Source: an uncultured virus (IMG/VR IMGVR_UViG_3300020044_008989) (lineage: Duplodnaviria > Heunggongvirae > Uroviricota > Caudoviricetes). From it: 64,000 bases of DNA. Below the pieces are notes generated by a model. It saw nothing but the letters and a program-made list of their open reading frames with translations. It searched no databases and had not been told where the DNA came from. Shown one piece after another: positions 1-9,080 of this stretch. Location: positions 1 to 64,000 of IMG/VR virus record IMGVR_UViG_3300020044_008989; one strand, 5' to 3'. A program made the position numbers and the translations under genes. How positions within the stretch are numbered: the first letter of the stretch is position 1; the number at the start of each line of letters is the position of its first letter.

Positions 1-74
1 GTTGTGAATTTAGTCTTAGAAAGAGTTTCTACCTTCCATGCTAAAATGTCTCTATTAGTTGAAAAACCTTGCAT
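1..74 (-). CDS. 5' end of an ORF running off the left edge (MQGFSTNRDILAWKVE...)
   Basis: ATG at 74, 3 nt after the exonuclease stop; open to the window edge. Confidence 0.5.
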   Translation of the reverse strand, partial: MQGFSTNRDILAWKVETLSKTKFT

Positions 75-76
75 AC

Positions 77-727
77 TCAAATCTCAATCTCGTAAATCAT
101 CTTGTCAAACACAAACTTAGTATATTTGCAATCTTCGAGGGCTGAATGGTGAAGACTGCCATCATAGGTTCCACCGTAGTTCTTAACCAGCCACTGCAAC
201 GACGCCTTAATACCCTTCTCACGGTGATGCATAAACCTCATCTGCCAGCAGTATAGGTCGCTGTGGTCAACGGTTTTGTTTCCCTTTTGAATGGCAACCG
301 ATAACGCTCGCGTATCAATAACTCTGTTAACAAACGACCAATCAACCTCCATTCCCATATTCCGCCGCCAGTTGTTGAGGATGTAGTTGTCAAAGTTTAA
401 AATATTTTGCCCCACAATTAATACTGACGGATCATAAAAATACTGCGCAAATTCACTCCAAACTTCTTTAGGATCGCGGGCGCTTTGTTCATAACTCAGG
501 CGGTCAAAGCGAGTTATTTTCGCCGCTTCTTCGGAGATATTTAAGTCGGGCCACCAGATTGTGGATTTCTTTTCTAACAGGGTTTTCTTGCCTTGGCAAA
601 GAATATACCCAAGCTCCCATGGGCGGTTTTTGTGGATGGTGGAGTCGCCCAAACTCAAATTTTCTGTCTCAAAATCCACGCATAGAATCTTTTGCGAGAA
701 ATTGAATCTTAGTAGGTGGTCGTTCAT
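77..727 (-). CDS. DEDDh 3'-5' exonuclease (DnaQ/epsilon-like proofreading subunit)
   Basis: ExoI VDFET, ExoII GQNILNFD, IDT, ExoIII HHSALED. Confidence 0.88.
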   Translation of the reverse strand: MNDHLLRFNFSQKILCVDFETENLSLGDSTIHKNRPWELGYILCQGKKTLLEKKSTIWWPDLNISEEAAKITRFDRLSYEQSARDPKEVWSEFAQYFYDPSVLIVGQNILNFDNYILNNWRRNMGMEVDWSFVNRVIDTRALSVAIQKGNKTVDHSDLYCWQMRFMHHREKGIKASLQWLVKNYGGTYDGSLHHSALEDCKYTKFVFDKMIYEIEI

Positions 728-900
728 TATAAAATTGTTCCGTCAGGACATACGATACGCACATTATTCCCATCGTCAAGAAAAGAAAGTAAAGATTTTG
801 CCAGTTCTAATGCGCCTTCTAAAGAGTCGGCGTTATCAATTGCCATCCACTCAAATTCTGGGTCAAACTCCTGGATTCTCCATTTTAAGGATTGATTCAT
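727..900 (-). CDS. hypothetical protein
   Basis: short ORF coupled to the exonuclease; likely start ATG 900 (track start 912). Confidence 0.5.
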   Translation of the reverse strand: MNQSLKWRIQEFDPEFEWMAIDNADSLEGALELAKSLLSFLDDGNNVRIVCPDGTIL

Positions 901-1618
901 AACTAAATTCATCGCTACTCATATCCTCAAACTCTGGTCTATCCAATGTTTGTTCTTTGCCCCCAGTTCGTCCCGTAATGATGCGGTATGCTACATAAGC
1001 TGAATAATCATCCTTATTACGATAGTAAATAGTCTTCGTTTTTAGGACGGGCCAATAATTTTCGGCGGCGAGTTTATTTATTTTGGCCGCGAGAATTTCA
1101 TCAAAGGGCAGATTGTTACTTTCAATGAAAACTACGGGCGTAGCGAACGACAAATCTGGCATACACTCCTGGAAATACAAAGAATTGCGGTGAACAAAAG
1201 AATCGTAGAAGGGAATCGCCAGCTTGAGGTTATCGGACCACTTCTCTTTTAAAGTGGTGCAGTCAAGGAAACCTTCTGATTCGGTATGAGCGAGCGAATA
1301 AAGTTTCATTAACTCTCTTGCGCCGTTATCATTTTTAGCGAAAACGATTAATTTATGGGCCGAAGGTTTTTTATCCTCTGACGCCCTATCGTTGCAAATG
1401 CTGAAACGAATACCAAAGATTAGTTTGATTCCCAGTTCTTTAGAGCGGTCAAGAGCGGTTTTGAAGCCAGTGAATTCGTCCTCTACTAACACGATTTCTT
1501 TTAGTCCGTGGTCAACGGCAATAGAGAAAATCGAATCAGGGCCACTGTTTGGTGGCGAAGGTTTATCAAGAGTAAGAATGCTCTTACGGGAATAGGTGGA
1601 TTTAAAGAGGGGAGTCAC
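863..1618 (-). CDS. stand-alone PHP domain of DNA polymerase III alpha (DnaE N-terminus), metal ligands degenerate
   Basis: PLFKSTYS..SILTL, LVED..GF, GIKLIFG, HKLIVFAKNDNG..ELMKL match the DnaE PHP pattern; no polymerase domain in the ORF. Confidence 0.82.
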   Translation of the reverse strand: MTPLFKSTYSRKSILTLDKPSPPNSGPDSIFSIAVDHGLKEIVLVEDEFTGFKTALDRSKELGIKLIFGIRFSICNDRASEDKKPSAHKLIVFAKNDNGARELMKLYSLAHTESEGFLDCTTLKEKWSDNLKLAIPFYDSFVHRNSLYFQECMPDLSFATPVVFIESNNLPFDEILAAKINKLAAENYWPVLKTKTIYYRNKDDYSAYVAYRIITGRTGGKEQTLDRPEFEDMSSDEFSYESILKMENPGV

Positions 1619-1623
1619 AAGAT

Positions 1624-1651
1624 AAGATAATCTTTACAGGTTGAATGTCAA
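1624..1651 (-). promoter_or_regulatory. sigma70-like promoter TTGACA-16-TATCTT, 5 nt upstream of GTG 1618
   Basis: consensus -35/-10 elements directly before the start codon (leaderless). Confidence 0.6.
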
Positions 1652-2730
1652 TATCTTTTTTGCCACCTTTTGCAACCCGAATAAAAACGTTCTTCCCAAT
1701 GATAGTCTGAGATTGGATATTTGTGGAGCAATTTTTCCCGTTCGTGAATATGGCACGATTGAACGAATTCGCCGTCTTTAGTGATCCAGTAGTAGTTCAT
1801 GGGGTGCTTGTATGCGCAGGCGTACATCAGTTCTCCGTCCTTCTTTAAGTGTCCGACATACTCTGACCTTCCACACTCTAAAAGGCCGCTAAAGCCTCCG
1901 TCTGTGGGATGTCCTTGATTGGCCGCGAAATTACCTTCAGCGTCTTCTTCTTTAAAATTCTCAAGATATTGCTGGTAATCCTCAAGCTCGTATTCAATGC
2001 CGTCAATTTCGTCGTGCGAATAATTAATTAAAATTCTTCCGCCGCCAGAAACGTTTTCCCAATCCTTAGTTGGTTTTCCAGTTTTAGATGATATGCGCTT
2101 TTCCCATTTAACGTCTTTATTTAAGTCAAACTTAAGGAACAAAAACTCCACGTCAATAACCTTAACCTCTGGAAACAATTCTTTGACTGTTAGGGCGTAA
2201 ATTGATCCTTGAATATTGGCAGAAGAACATTCGTGCGAAATATACGGGCGCTTGCTTGATTTATAGTCGCGAATTAAAGCGCGGCCATCTTCGTAAATAA
2301 ACAGACGGTCAATGAATCCTCTGATTTTATATCGGCCCTCTTTTTCGATTAAGAAGTCTTTTTCAGTGAAAATAGAAACTGGTTTCCCATAACTTTCTCC
2401 GTAAAAGTCATAAGACAACCCATTTAACACAAATTCCTTAATTTTACCGACACAATCTTCGTTGTCGATATCGTGTTGTCTTGCTTTTTTATAACAAAGT
2501 CTTCTTATTGAAGGAACCGAAAATATATCGCGCTCCTCAAGAATTTTTGATACCAGCTTTTCTCTATTCTTAACCGCAAGACATTCAAGAACAACGTGGC
2601 AAGTGTCGCCGATTTTCGTTCCGTCGTATGAGATTGAGGGAATTTTATTTAGATACGACTGAGCGTATTTCCACGAACACCCAAGGGCGGTATTAACACG
2701 AGAAGCGGATAGGGCGACTTTAAAAGGCAT
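1648..2730 (-). CDS. PD-(D/E)XK exonuclease (RecB/AddB/Cas4-like)
   Basis: LSASR...C, G...H..LE, RGFIDRL, IRDYKSS, Q..IY, C-terminal cysteines. Confidence 0.85.
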   Translation of the reverse strand: MPFKVALSASRVNTALGCSWKYAQSYLNKIPSISYDGTKIGDTCHVVLECLAVKNREKLVSKILEERDIFSVPSIRRLCYKKARQHDIDNEDCVGKIKEFVLNGLSYDFYGESYGKPVSIFTEKDFLIEKEGRYKIRGFIDRLFIYEDGRALIRDYKSSKRPYISHECSSANIQGSIYALTVKELFPEVKVIDVEFLFLKFDLNKDVKWEKRISSKTGKPTKDWENVSGGGRILINYSHDEIDGIEYELEDYQQYLENFKEEDAEGNFAANQGHPTDGGFSGLLECGRSEYVGHLKKDGELMYACAYKHPMNYYWITKDGEFVQSCHIHEREKLLHKYPISDYHWEERFYSGCKRWQKRY

Positions 2731-2912
2731 TACTGATAAACCCCCATTTCAAGAGCGGCCTGATTGATTTCTACTCCAAGAGTTTCGGCCCAAAGAATTT
2801 TTACAGATGAAGTTGAAAAGTCCAGTTGTTCTTTAATAAAGACAATACACGCCTCCTTCTCCTCTTCTTCAGAATCGTAGCCGTCCATGTTTAGGTCAAT
2901 TAGGAATTTCAT
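2730..2912 (-). CDS. hypothetical protein
   Basis: MKFLIDLNMDG...; refined start ATG 2912, right after the upstream stop. Confidence 0.55.
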   Translation of the reverse strand: MKFLIDLNMDGYDSEEEEKEACIVFIKEQLDFSTSSVKILWAETLGVEINQAALEMGVYQ

Positions 2913-2913
2913 G

Positions 2914-3114
2914 TTAGTAATTACTCTCTTTATTATCAGAGATAACGATTCGAATCCAAGTTTCTGCCGTTGAAATTTCGGACATAACCTCGCTACTATG
3001 TGTCCCACTACGAACTGCGTCAGAAGGATTTGTCGCCTCTCTCAGGATCATCATGTAGGCATTGTTTATGTGAGTTTTGGCCGTTTTTAATGCTTTTTCT
3101 TGTAGTTCGGTCAT
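2914..3114 (-). CDS. hypothetical protein
   Basis: ATGA-coupled to the primase stop. Confidence 0.55.
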   Translation of the reverse strand: MTELQEKALKTAKTHINNAYMMILREATNPSDAVRSGTHSSEVMSEISTAETWIRIVISDNKESNY

Positions 3115-4178
3115 AATTTTTTAAGGAACTTCGCCACTTTATCGGCGGCGAAATGTTGGGTGTTTTGGTTGATAAATTCCTTGATTTCTTCTCTCGTCAG
3201 AGTTGGGTGATTCCACGACCACTTAGCAACATCCACTCCACTCTCATGCATTTCAGACAGGTCATTAAGACTTGGCAATCGAATCTTTAACCTGTCTAAC
3301 GGAAAAATGCTAGACAACTTCATTAACGTCTTAACGCTGGCAACCTTGCCGCGATTATAATCGTAGTTCGGCCCTTCATCATTGTTGCCCACGATAACGA
3401 TTTCCTCTGGGTCTTTGGACAGCAAAAATGCTTGCACGTCGTTGGAGCATCCCAATCCGAAAGTTACAAGATGGTTTTCTAACCCGTGTTCTGTTAGGGC
3501 CAACGAGTCTCCGATACTCTCAACAAGCATTATTTTTGCGCCGCAGTCAATTTTTTCTCGACATTCTGACAAGCTCTGCAAGTAATATGGGAAAATCCAA
3601 GTCTCTTTTTTGCCAATGTGTTTCCACTTGGGGGCATTGCCGTCTTCCTGCCAATCAATATGTCGGCCCGAAAAACCAACAATTTCCGCCGTCTCATTAA
3701 AGATCGGGAAAACCATGCGCTGATACATTTGCCCTACAGTGGCAAACCCCAACTTGTATTTCTTCTGAACAGCATCCGAGATTCCGCGCTTCTTATAAAA
3801 GGCGTAGTTTGGGAGCAGCCTGTCTAAACAATCTAATGGATAAGTTCGGGGCATGTATAGTTTTTTCTTAATTATTTTCGGGGCCGCAGTTCTTTGACCG
3901 CCAAGAATTTCTTTAACCTTGCGCCAGTCAGGAATGTGGTGGTTTAGTAAATCCCTTAGCGGAAACTTTTTGTCGGCGGCGTAATCAATGCAATATCCCG
4001 AGTTCTTCCATACTTTAAGAGACTGCAAAGAATCGCCGCCACGATAAAGAGCTTTGGTGCGGTAAAATTGCCCGCAATCTTGTAATTGGTATCCAAGGTC
4101 GGAAAGTATTTCGTGAACGCGGCCAGCTTCGAATTCAAGGAATTCTGAGGGTGGATTTGTCGTATTTTTTGAATCCAT
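3111..4178 (-). CDS. dnaG: DNA primase (DnaG-type, TOPRIM)
   Basis: YKKRGIS, RMVFPI...IVGFSGR, PKWK, TOPRIM LVESIGD..L / GNND, DLSE; probable start ATG 4178 (track start 4337). Confidence 0.88.
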   Translation of the reverse strand: MDSKNTTNPPSEFLEFEAGRVHEILSDLGYQLQDCGQFYRTKALYRGGDSLQSLKVWKNSGYCIDYAADKKFPLRDLLNHHIPDWRKVKEILGGQRTAAPKIIKKKLYMPRTYPLDCLDRLLPNYAFYKKRGISDAVQKKYKLGFATVGQMYQRMVFPIFNETAEIVGFSGRHIDWQEDGNAPKWKHIGKKETWIFPYYLQSLSECREKIDCGAKIMLVESIGDSLALTEHGLENHLVTFGLGCSNDVQAFLLSKDPEEIVIVGNNDEGPNYDYNRGKVASVKTLMKLSSIFPLDRLKIRLPSLNDLSEMHESGVDVAKWSWNHPTLTREEIKEFINQNTQHFAADKVAKFLKKL

Positions 4179-4362
4179 TTTTGACTGATTCAACGCAGTG
4201 TGGACATAGGAAACTTTGCTCGTCTTCCATGCGGGTTTTAACATACTCTTTTCGTGTGGCGCTTCCCCAATAAGGAGGGTATTTTTTGGTGGAAGCGGTG
4301 AATTCCTGTTCGTAGCCGCAGTTGTCACAAATTGCAAGAAGGGTTTTTAGTTCGTGGAGCAT
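4135..4362 (-). CDS. small zinc-ribbon protein
   Basis: CDNC...CPHC. Confidence 0.55.
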   Translation of the reverse strand: MLHELKTLLAICDNCGYEQEFTASTKKYPPYWGSATRKEYVKTRMEDEQSFLCPHCVESVKNGFKKYDKSTLRIP

Positions 4363-4730
4363 AGTTCGGGGTTTTTGAAGATGTTTCCAATTACTTCAAG
4401 GTTTGTCGCCTTGCGAAATGTCCATTGAAGAATGTCAGTAAAGGATATGCAAAAGTTTCCATAAACATTCTCGTAGATCACTTCTCCATATATTCTGCCG
4501 CCAATTCCATCATCACACTCCGCTAAATCGCCTTCGTAAATTTCGCAGCCATTCTTGTCAAGAAGACCAGTCCATTGTTGAGCGATAAACCTTCTTCCGT
4601 TCGAAGAAACAGTTTCGTCGTTAGAGACACTACCATTTGAACAATATAAGTTATATTGGGAGGAGAAGTATTCCATTTCTTTGTCCCAAACTCGGAATTT
4701 AATTACCCTAGAATTCTGGTTGGTCGTCAT
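4347..4730 (-). CDS. YopX-family phage protein
   Basis: IKFRVWD, QWTGLLDKNG.EIYEGD, EVIGNI. Confidence 0.85.
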   Translation of the reverse strand: MTTNQNSRVIKFRVWDKEMEYFSSQYNLYCSNGSVSNDETVSSNGRRFIAQQWTGLLDKNGCEIYEGDLAECDDGIGGRIYGEVIYENVYGNFCISFTDILQWTFRKATNLEVIGNIFKNPELCSTN

Positions 4731-6204
4731 TTGTGTTTGTTTGTAGTTTTGCGTTTACTCCCCTAGACTTTACTATATCTCGTAAGTCCCCGCAATCGGT
4801 AATTTGGAAATTTTCGAACAGGAGGTTGATAAAGTTTTGCCGCAGTTTATCTCCATCCTTTACTGGCTCAAGATAACCAGCAATATCTTCCCCGAGATGT
4901 CTAGCCTTGACACAGATATATTTATGAGTGCCGAATTGAACGCCGTCGCTTGCGATTTCATCTGTTGTTTTCTTTCGGAGAATAAATCCGTGAGAACTAT
5001 AATGAATAATTCTGTCAGCGCCAGAAATAATACTTTCGTCATCAACAATCTGGTCAGATTTCTTGTTTGTCACAACGCCAGAGCGATTTGCTTGGGCGGA
5101 GGTGAACAAACTAATCATGGGCTTTTCTTGGAAAAGGATTTCTTTTTGGATAAATCTCTTCATTTTGTTAACCAAGTCTCCAAGAACTTGCCACTCTGGA
5201 GAATTCCCAACTTGGTCTGGTGGTTTAATATAGTCAAATGACCACAACATTCGATTTCCCCTCCCGACAACCTTGTAGTAAAAGTTTTTGGCAATAGAAA
5301 TCATCTCATCTGCTGACATTCCAGCTACCGAGTAGTAATAAAATTTACTTTGGCCGCTCTTCATTCTTTCAAGGGCGTCTCTTACTTTTTTACATGTGTC
5401 AGGATTGTTTCTCCATTTACCCTTTTTAATCAGATAGTGGGATACCCCAGACATGGCGGAGATTCGGCGAAGTTGAAGTTCTTCTTTAGACATTTCCCCA
5501 TTATCAAAGTGAAGAACTGTAATCCCGTATTTATCGCCCACATAACAACACTCATCCAATGCTAGGGACGTTTTTCCAGCCGCCGACCTAGCAATAATTG
5601 TGGTGATGTTTCCAGGTTCATGAAGGCTCCCAAAAATCTTATTTACTGTATCAAATTTCCCAAAAATTTCTTCCCGCTCTTCTTTGCCAGTATTCTCTAC
5701 CATGAACTCCATGTCGTCATAGATATTCACTGGTTCGTCGCCATCTAATTCAAAGTGGTTGACCTTTTTGTTATAAATTCCATCCGCCGCTTCAAGAATT
5801 TCTGTGTAGCTGGACGATTGATCCAGTGATTCCATCTTTTCAGTCAACTCTTCCCCAGTAAGCGCTAGTTCGCGCCGTAGGGCCAGTTTTTTGAGTTCTT
5901 TTGCAAATTTAAGGGATAAGCCTTCTTGGCAATTTCTCTTGCTTAGAGCGAGCACATACTCAGGCAGAGACATGTCTGTGTCCACCTTGAGGTTCATACG
6001 CTCAAGACGTTGGGCGATAATGTTTGCGTCAACATCTTCGCCCTTCTCAATGGCTTGGCGAATCAAAGATAAAACCATTGAATCCTTGTAGTCGCCATCA
6101 ACAACATCATTCTCCGAGAAGAATGACTTGATAGATAGCCACTCTTGAGGGTATTTTAGGAGGGCCGTTAGGAGTTTTTGCTGGAGGGTGGGGTCGTAAA
6201 TCAC
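4708..6204 (-). CDS. dnaB: replicative DNA helicase (DnaB)
   Basis: Walker A ARSAAGKT, FDNGEMS, Walker B FDYI, AQANR, KARH. Confidence 0.9.
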   Translation of the reverse strand: MIYDPTLQQKLLTALLKYPQEWLSIKSFFSENDVVDGDYKDSMVLSLIRQAIEKGEDVDANIIAQRLERMNLKVDTDMSLPEYVLALSKRNCQEGLSLKFAKELKKLALRRELALTGEELTEKMESLDQSSSYTEILEAADGIYNKKVNHFELDGDEPVNIYDDMEFMVENTGKEEREEIFGKFDTVNKIFGSLHEPGNITTIIARSAAGKTSLALDECCYVGDKYGITVLHFDNGEMSKEELQLRRISAMSGVSHYLIKKGKWRNNPDTCKKVRDALERMKSGQSKFYYYSVAGMSADEMISIAKNFYYKVVGRGNRMLWSFDYIKPPDQVGNSPEWQVLGDLVNKMKRFIQKEILFQEKPMISLFTSAQANRSGVVTNKKSDQIVDDESIISGADRIIHYSSHGFILRKKTTDEIASDGVQFGTHKYICVKARHLGEDIAGYLEPVKDGDKLRQNFINLLFENFQITDCGDLRDIVKSRGVNAKLQTNTNDDQPEF

Positions 6205-6244
6205 TTGGTTAAAAGATAAGGGGGTTTTGCCTCTTAGTCAACAA

Positions 6245-6493
6245 CTATTCGTCATCGCCATCATCCATGTTCGACCCAATACCGTCATGAGCATTCAACT
6301 CCTCTAGGTAAATCTCCGCGCACTTACGAAGGGCCATATTAGTTGAAACGTCCATACGGCTATTAATTGGGCGCGGGTTTCCTAGATTGTCGATCATAAA
6401 TAACAAGAACCCCTTATTATGAGTCGCTGACCCAGTGAGTTCGTAAAGTTTATGAAGGAAGGGTTCGGGGACTTGGAATGATTGATTGGACAT
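6245..6493 (-). CDS. hypothetical protein
   Basis: compact ORF in the replication operon. Confidence 0.6.
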   Translation of the reverse strand: MSNQSFQVPEPFLHKLYELTGSATHNKGFLLFMIDNLGNPRPINSRMDVSTNMALRKCAEIYLEELNAHDGIGSNMDDGDDE

Positions 6494-6495
6494 CT

Positions 6496-6906
6496 CTAAA
6501 GAGATACGCCTAAATCGGCGAAAAATTGCTCGCTAAGTTGATCTTTAGGAAGAATTTCTACTAGGGTAATGTTATTGAGGCGACAAAATTCGTGCTTATC
6601 TAAGTCTCTTTTAATCTGAGAAAGGAAATTCATCTTGCTCCCACGGTGAAAAAACTTGTTGTAGGAACCATGTTGGCCCCCCTGAACTTCACAGGCAATT
6701 CTTTGAGAAGCATTGTATAAATCAAATGTACAAAGAGTCCCTACGATTCTTAACTCCTCGAAAACTTGGTCGCGCTTCCAATAAGGGCGTAAAAATTGCT
6801 TAACAGAATCCTGAAACTTAGAACGTGTTTTGGCGTCCCAGTCGATTAGGTATTTTGTGGCTTTTTTTAAAGTTTTTTTGCGGCCCTTTAAATCAATGAA
6901 GGTCAT
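6496..6906 (-). CDS. Vsr/DUF559-like endonuclease
   Basis: FDLY..IACEVQGGQH..FFH, RD..K..FC..NNITLVEI. Confidence 0.75.
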   Translation of the reverse strand: MTFIDLKGRKKTLKKATKYLIDWDAKTRSKFQDSVKQFLRPYWKRDQVFEELRIVGTLCTFDLYNASQRIACEVQGGQHGSYNKFFHRGSKMNFLSQIKRDLDKHEFCRLNNITLVEILPKDQLSEQFFADLGVSL

Positions 6907-8050
6907 TTGAGATAAGGGAAAGGATTTTGGCCCTCAAGAACTGCATGATTGGCTCATTTTCTTCTAGGTAATCGTAGAGTTTGTTGATGCCATTAACTTT
7001 TTCCTGCAATTCCAAGCCCAGCGCTTTTGCCTCTTCAATAATATCTTGCTCAAAAGAAATCCAAGCACCTCCAGCAGTCGCAATTCCACAGGAGACAATC
7101 GACATATCAGCAACTTCATAGGCGAGCCAAATTTGTTTTGATCCCTTATACTGATCGCCCTTTCTAATTGGAACTTCATACATATTCCCAGTTACATCGT
7201 CTGCTGATTTGAGAATCTTGACTCTTGCGAACTTGCCAAGGATTTTATTCTTCAACCGATCTGGTTTCCCATCTTTCTCCGTGATATACTTTCCTTCTGG
7301 AATTTGTTGATACTCAAAGACATAATCCGCCTGATGTTGTTGACTCATGCCTCCGCTGGAACTGCCCTGATTCGGAGCAGATGGAGCATGAGTTTCGATT
7401 TTAATTTGGGCCGCATATTGTCCAGTAATAATTCCAAGCGAATCATAATGAGAGTTAGGTAGGGCCAAATGTCTAAACAGTAGCTTAGTGAGCTTAGGAA
7501 CGCCCGCCACCATTCCATTGTTTGAAATTCCTTTCTCAAGATCGTCCTCTAAAATAAGACCGTCCATAGAATCAATCATCCACGCAATATGCTCTCCAGC
7601 TTCGTGAGCGTCATGGAGGGTTTTGATGAGCATCTTGAAGATTGGTTCCGCAATATTTGAGCATACAACAAACACCGTTCCATCAATCCATTCATCCACG
7701 GTATAGACGAAAGTGAGGCCAGTTTTATCAAGCTTCTTCTTGGAAAGGCCACGACCTTCTGCCTTAACGTAAAGCGCCCTTGAATTAGGCATCGTCTTCA
7801 TGTAATTTTCTAAAAAAACGAAGCCTTGGGAACTTTTCCCAACTTCGCTCCCTTTGCCGACAAGACGGACAATCATTCCTGACCTTACTTGGATTTCAGA
7901 ATCGAGTTGTAGTGACCCCGACGAAATAATTGTCTCTTTTGGAATCACATTATTATAATGAGTGGCAGTCTTCAAGAAATTTTGAAGAGCGGAATTAGAG
8001 GAGGTTTTTTTCTCTTCTTTTGGTGGTAGGATTTTTTTAGTTACGGCCAT
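6893..8050 (-). CDS. recA: RecA/UvsX-like recombinase
   Basis: ISSGSLQLD, Walker A GKGSEVGKSS, YVKAEG, Walker B IDSM, SGG, C-terminal GAW. Confidence 0.85.
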   Translation of the reverse strand: MAVTKKILPPKEEKKTSSNSALQNFLKTATHYNNVIPKETIISSGSLQLDSEIQVRSGMIVRLVGKGSEVGKSSQGFVFLENYMKTMPNSRALYVKAEGRGLSKKKLDKTGLTFVYTVDEWIDGTVFVVCSNIAEPIFKMLIKTLHDAHEAGEHIAWMIDSMDGLILEDDLEKGISNNGMVAGVPKLTKLLFRHLALPNSHYDSLGIITGQYAAQIKIETHAPSAPNQGSSSGGMSQQHQADYVFEYQQIPEGKYITEKDGKPDRLKNKILGKFARVKILKSADDVTGNMYEVPIRKGDQYKGSKQIWLAYEVADMSIVSCGIATAGGAWISFEQDIIEEAKALGLELQEKVNGINKLYDYLEENEPIMQFLRAKILSLISNDLH

Positions 8051-8062
8051 ATTGTTGTTTTA

Positions 8063-8329
8063 TTATTCGTCAGCTTTAAAATAAGGGGAACACCACTGGT
8101 ATCCTCCTCCCAAGGTTTCTAAAAGTTCTTGGTCGGAAATTATTTTGGCGGCGTGGAGTTTTTCTGTGATTAGTTTGAGAAGGGGGAGGAAGTTACCCTG
8201 CTCTAAGTGAGTGCAGTCAGAATCATAATCTGATTGCTGGGTTACTCCCTCAAGTTGCTCGTCAAGGAAATCGGTAATTGAGCAGGGACATTTAGTGTTA
8301 TTGGCTTTTGAGTTATGGACCTTGATCAT
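8063..8329 (-). CDS. hypothetical protein
   Basis: ORF track, packed in the operon. Confidence 0.55.
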   Translation of the reverse strand: MIKVHNSKANNTKCPCSITDFLDEQLEGVTQQSDYDSDCTHLEQGNFLPLLKLITEKLHAAKIISDQELLETLGGGYQWCSPYFKADE

Positions 8330-8332
8330 ATT

Positions 8333-8539
8333 TTATTCCTGTTCTATTTCGCTCCAAGCACAGAATGTTTCCATCCACTCTTCTGCGTATTGATCTTCTA
8401 GTTTCATGTGCAACATGTTATTAACAAAGGCATCTCTTGAATCTAAGACCCTTCCTGCAAACTCTTCTACTGACATCTTTTCGGGGTAAAAGTCAAGTGT
8501 TGTATCTTCTCTAATGGGTTTTTCAAAAAAGGTTCTCAT
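8333..8539 (-). CDS. hypothetical protein
   Basis: ORF track, coupled. Confidence 0.55.
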   Translation of the reverse strand: MRTFFEKPIREDTTLDFYPEKMSVEEFAGRVLDSRDAFVNNMLHMKLEDQYAEEWMETFCAWSEIEQE

Positions 8540-8886
8540 AGAAAATCTCTCAATGTTTGCTTTTTTAAAACTTCTCTATCTTCGCCAAATTTTTCGGGCG
8601 ACAAAATTATGTTTTCAGTCTTCGGGGGTTGGTAGTTAAAGGCGTGAAACTTTCGCGCTAATTCTCCTTGTCCCCATTCACTTGAAAGAACGGCCAAACT
8701 CGGCAACTTCTTTCCAAAATCAATGATGTTTAGGAACTCTAGTGAGTAAGTCTCCTCTAGTCTCTTCATTAAAGTAAACTCGCGCATGGACCATTCTCGT
8801 ATTCCCTGAGACGGTTTCTCGACAAGCCTTGTGAGGAGTTGTTGTTTGTTGATTTTTGGCGGCTTAATTTTTTTAGGGCGCGGCAT
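8536..8886 (-). CDS. hypothetical protein (MPRPKKIK...)
   Basis: refined start ATG 8886, after the stop of the 52-aa ORF. Confidence 0.6.
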   Translation of the reverse strand: MPRPKKIKPPKINKQQLLTRLVEKPSQGIREWSMREFTLMKRLEETYSLEFLNIIDFGKKLPSLAVLSSEWGQGELARKFHAFNYQPPKTENIILSPEKFGEDREVLKKQTLRDFL

Positions 8887-8887
8887 A

Positions 8888-9046
8888 TTATTTTGTTTGA
8901 TCAAGCGCCGCTTGGATTTTATCATCTAATCCCTCGTCTTTAGCGCACTCTCTTTCCCAAGAGTCGCCGTAACCACAATATGATAAATGCGAATGCGCCG
9001 CTTCAAGGGCTTCTCTGAGAATTCGGATTTGTTCTTTTTCGCTCAT
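8888..9046 (-). CDS. 52-aa hypothetical protein (MSEKEQIRILREALE...) missing from the track
   Basis: read manually; preceded by TTGACA-16-TAAAAT at 9084-9057. Confidence 0.6.
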   Translation of the reverse strand: MSEKEQIRILREALEAAHSHLSYCGYGDSWERECAKDEGLDDKIQAALDQTK

Positions 9047-9080
9047 AATGGTTAGCATTTTAACCGTTAAAGCGAGTCTG

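Noticed and set aside
1648-2730. Cas4/CRISPR system
   Set aside because: The Cas4-like nuclease is a solo gene in a replication block; I saw no repeat-spacer array or other cas genes in the window
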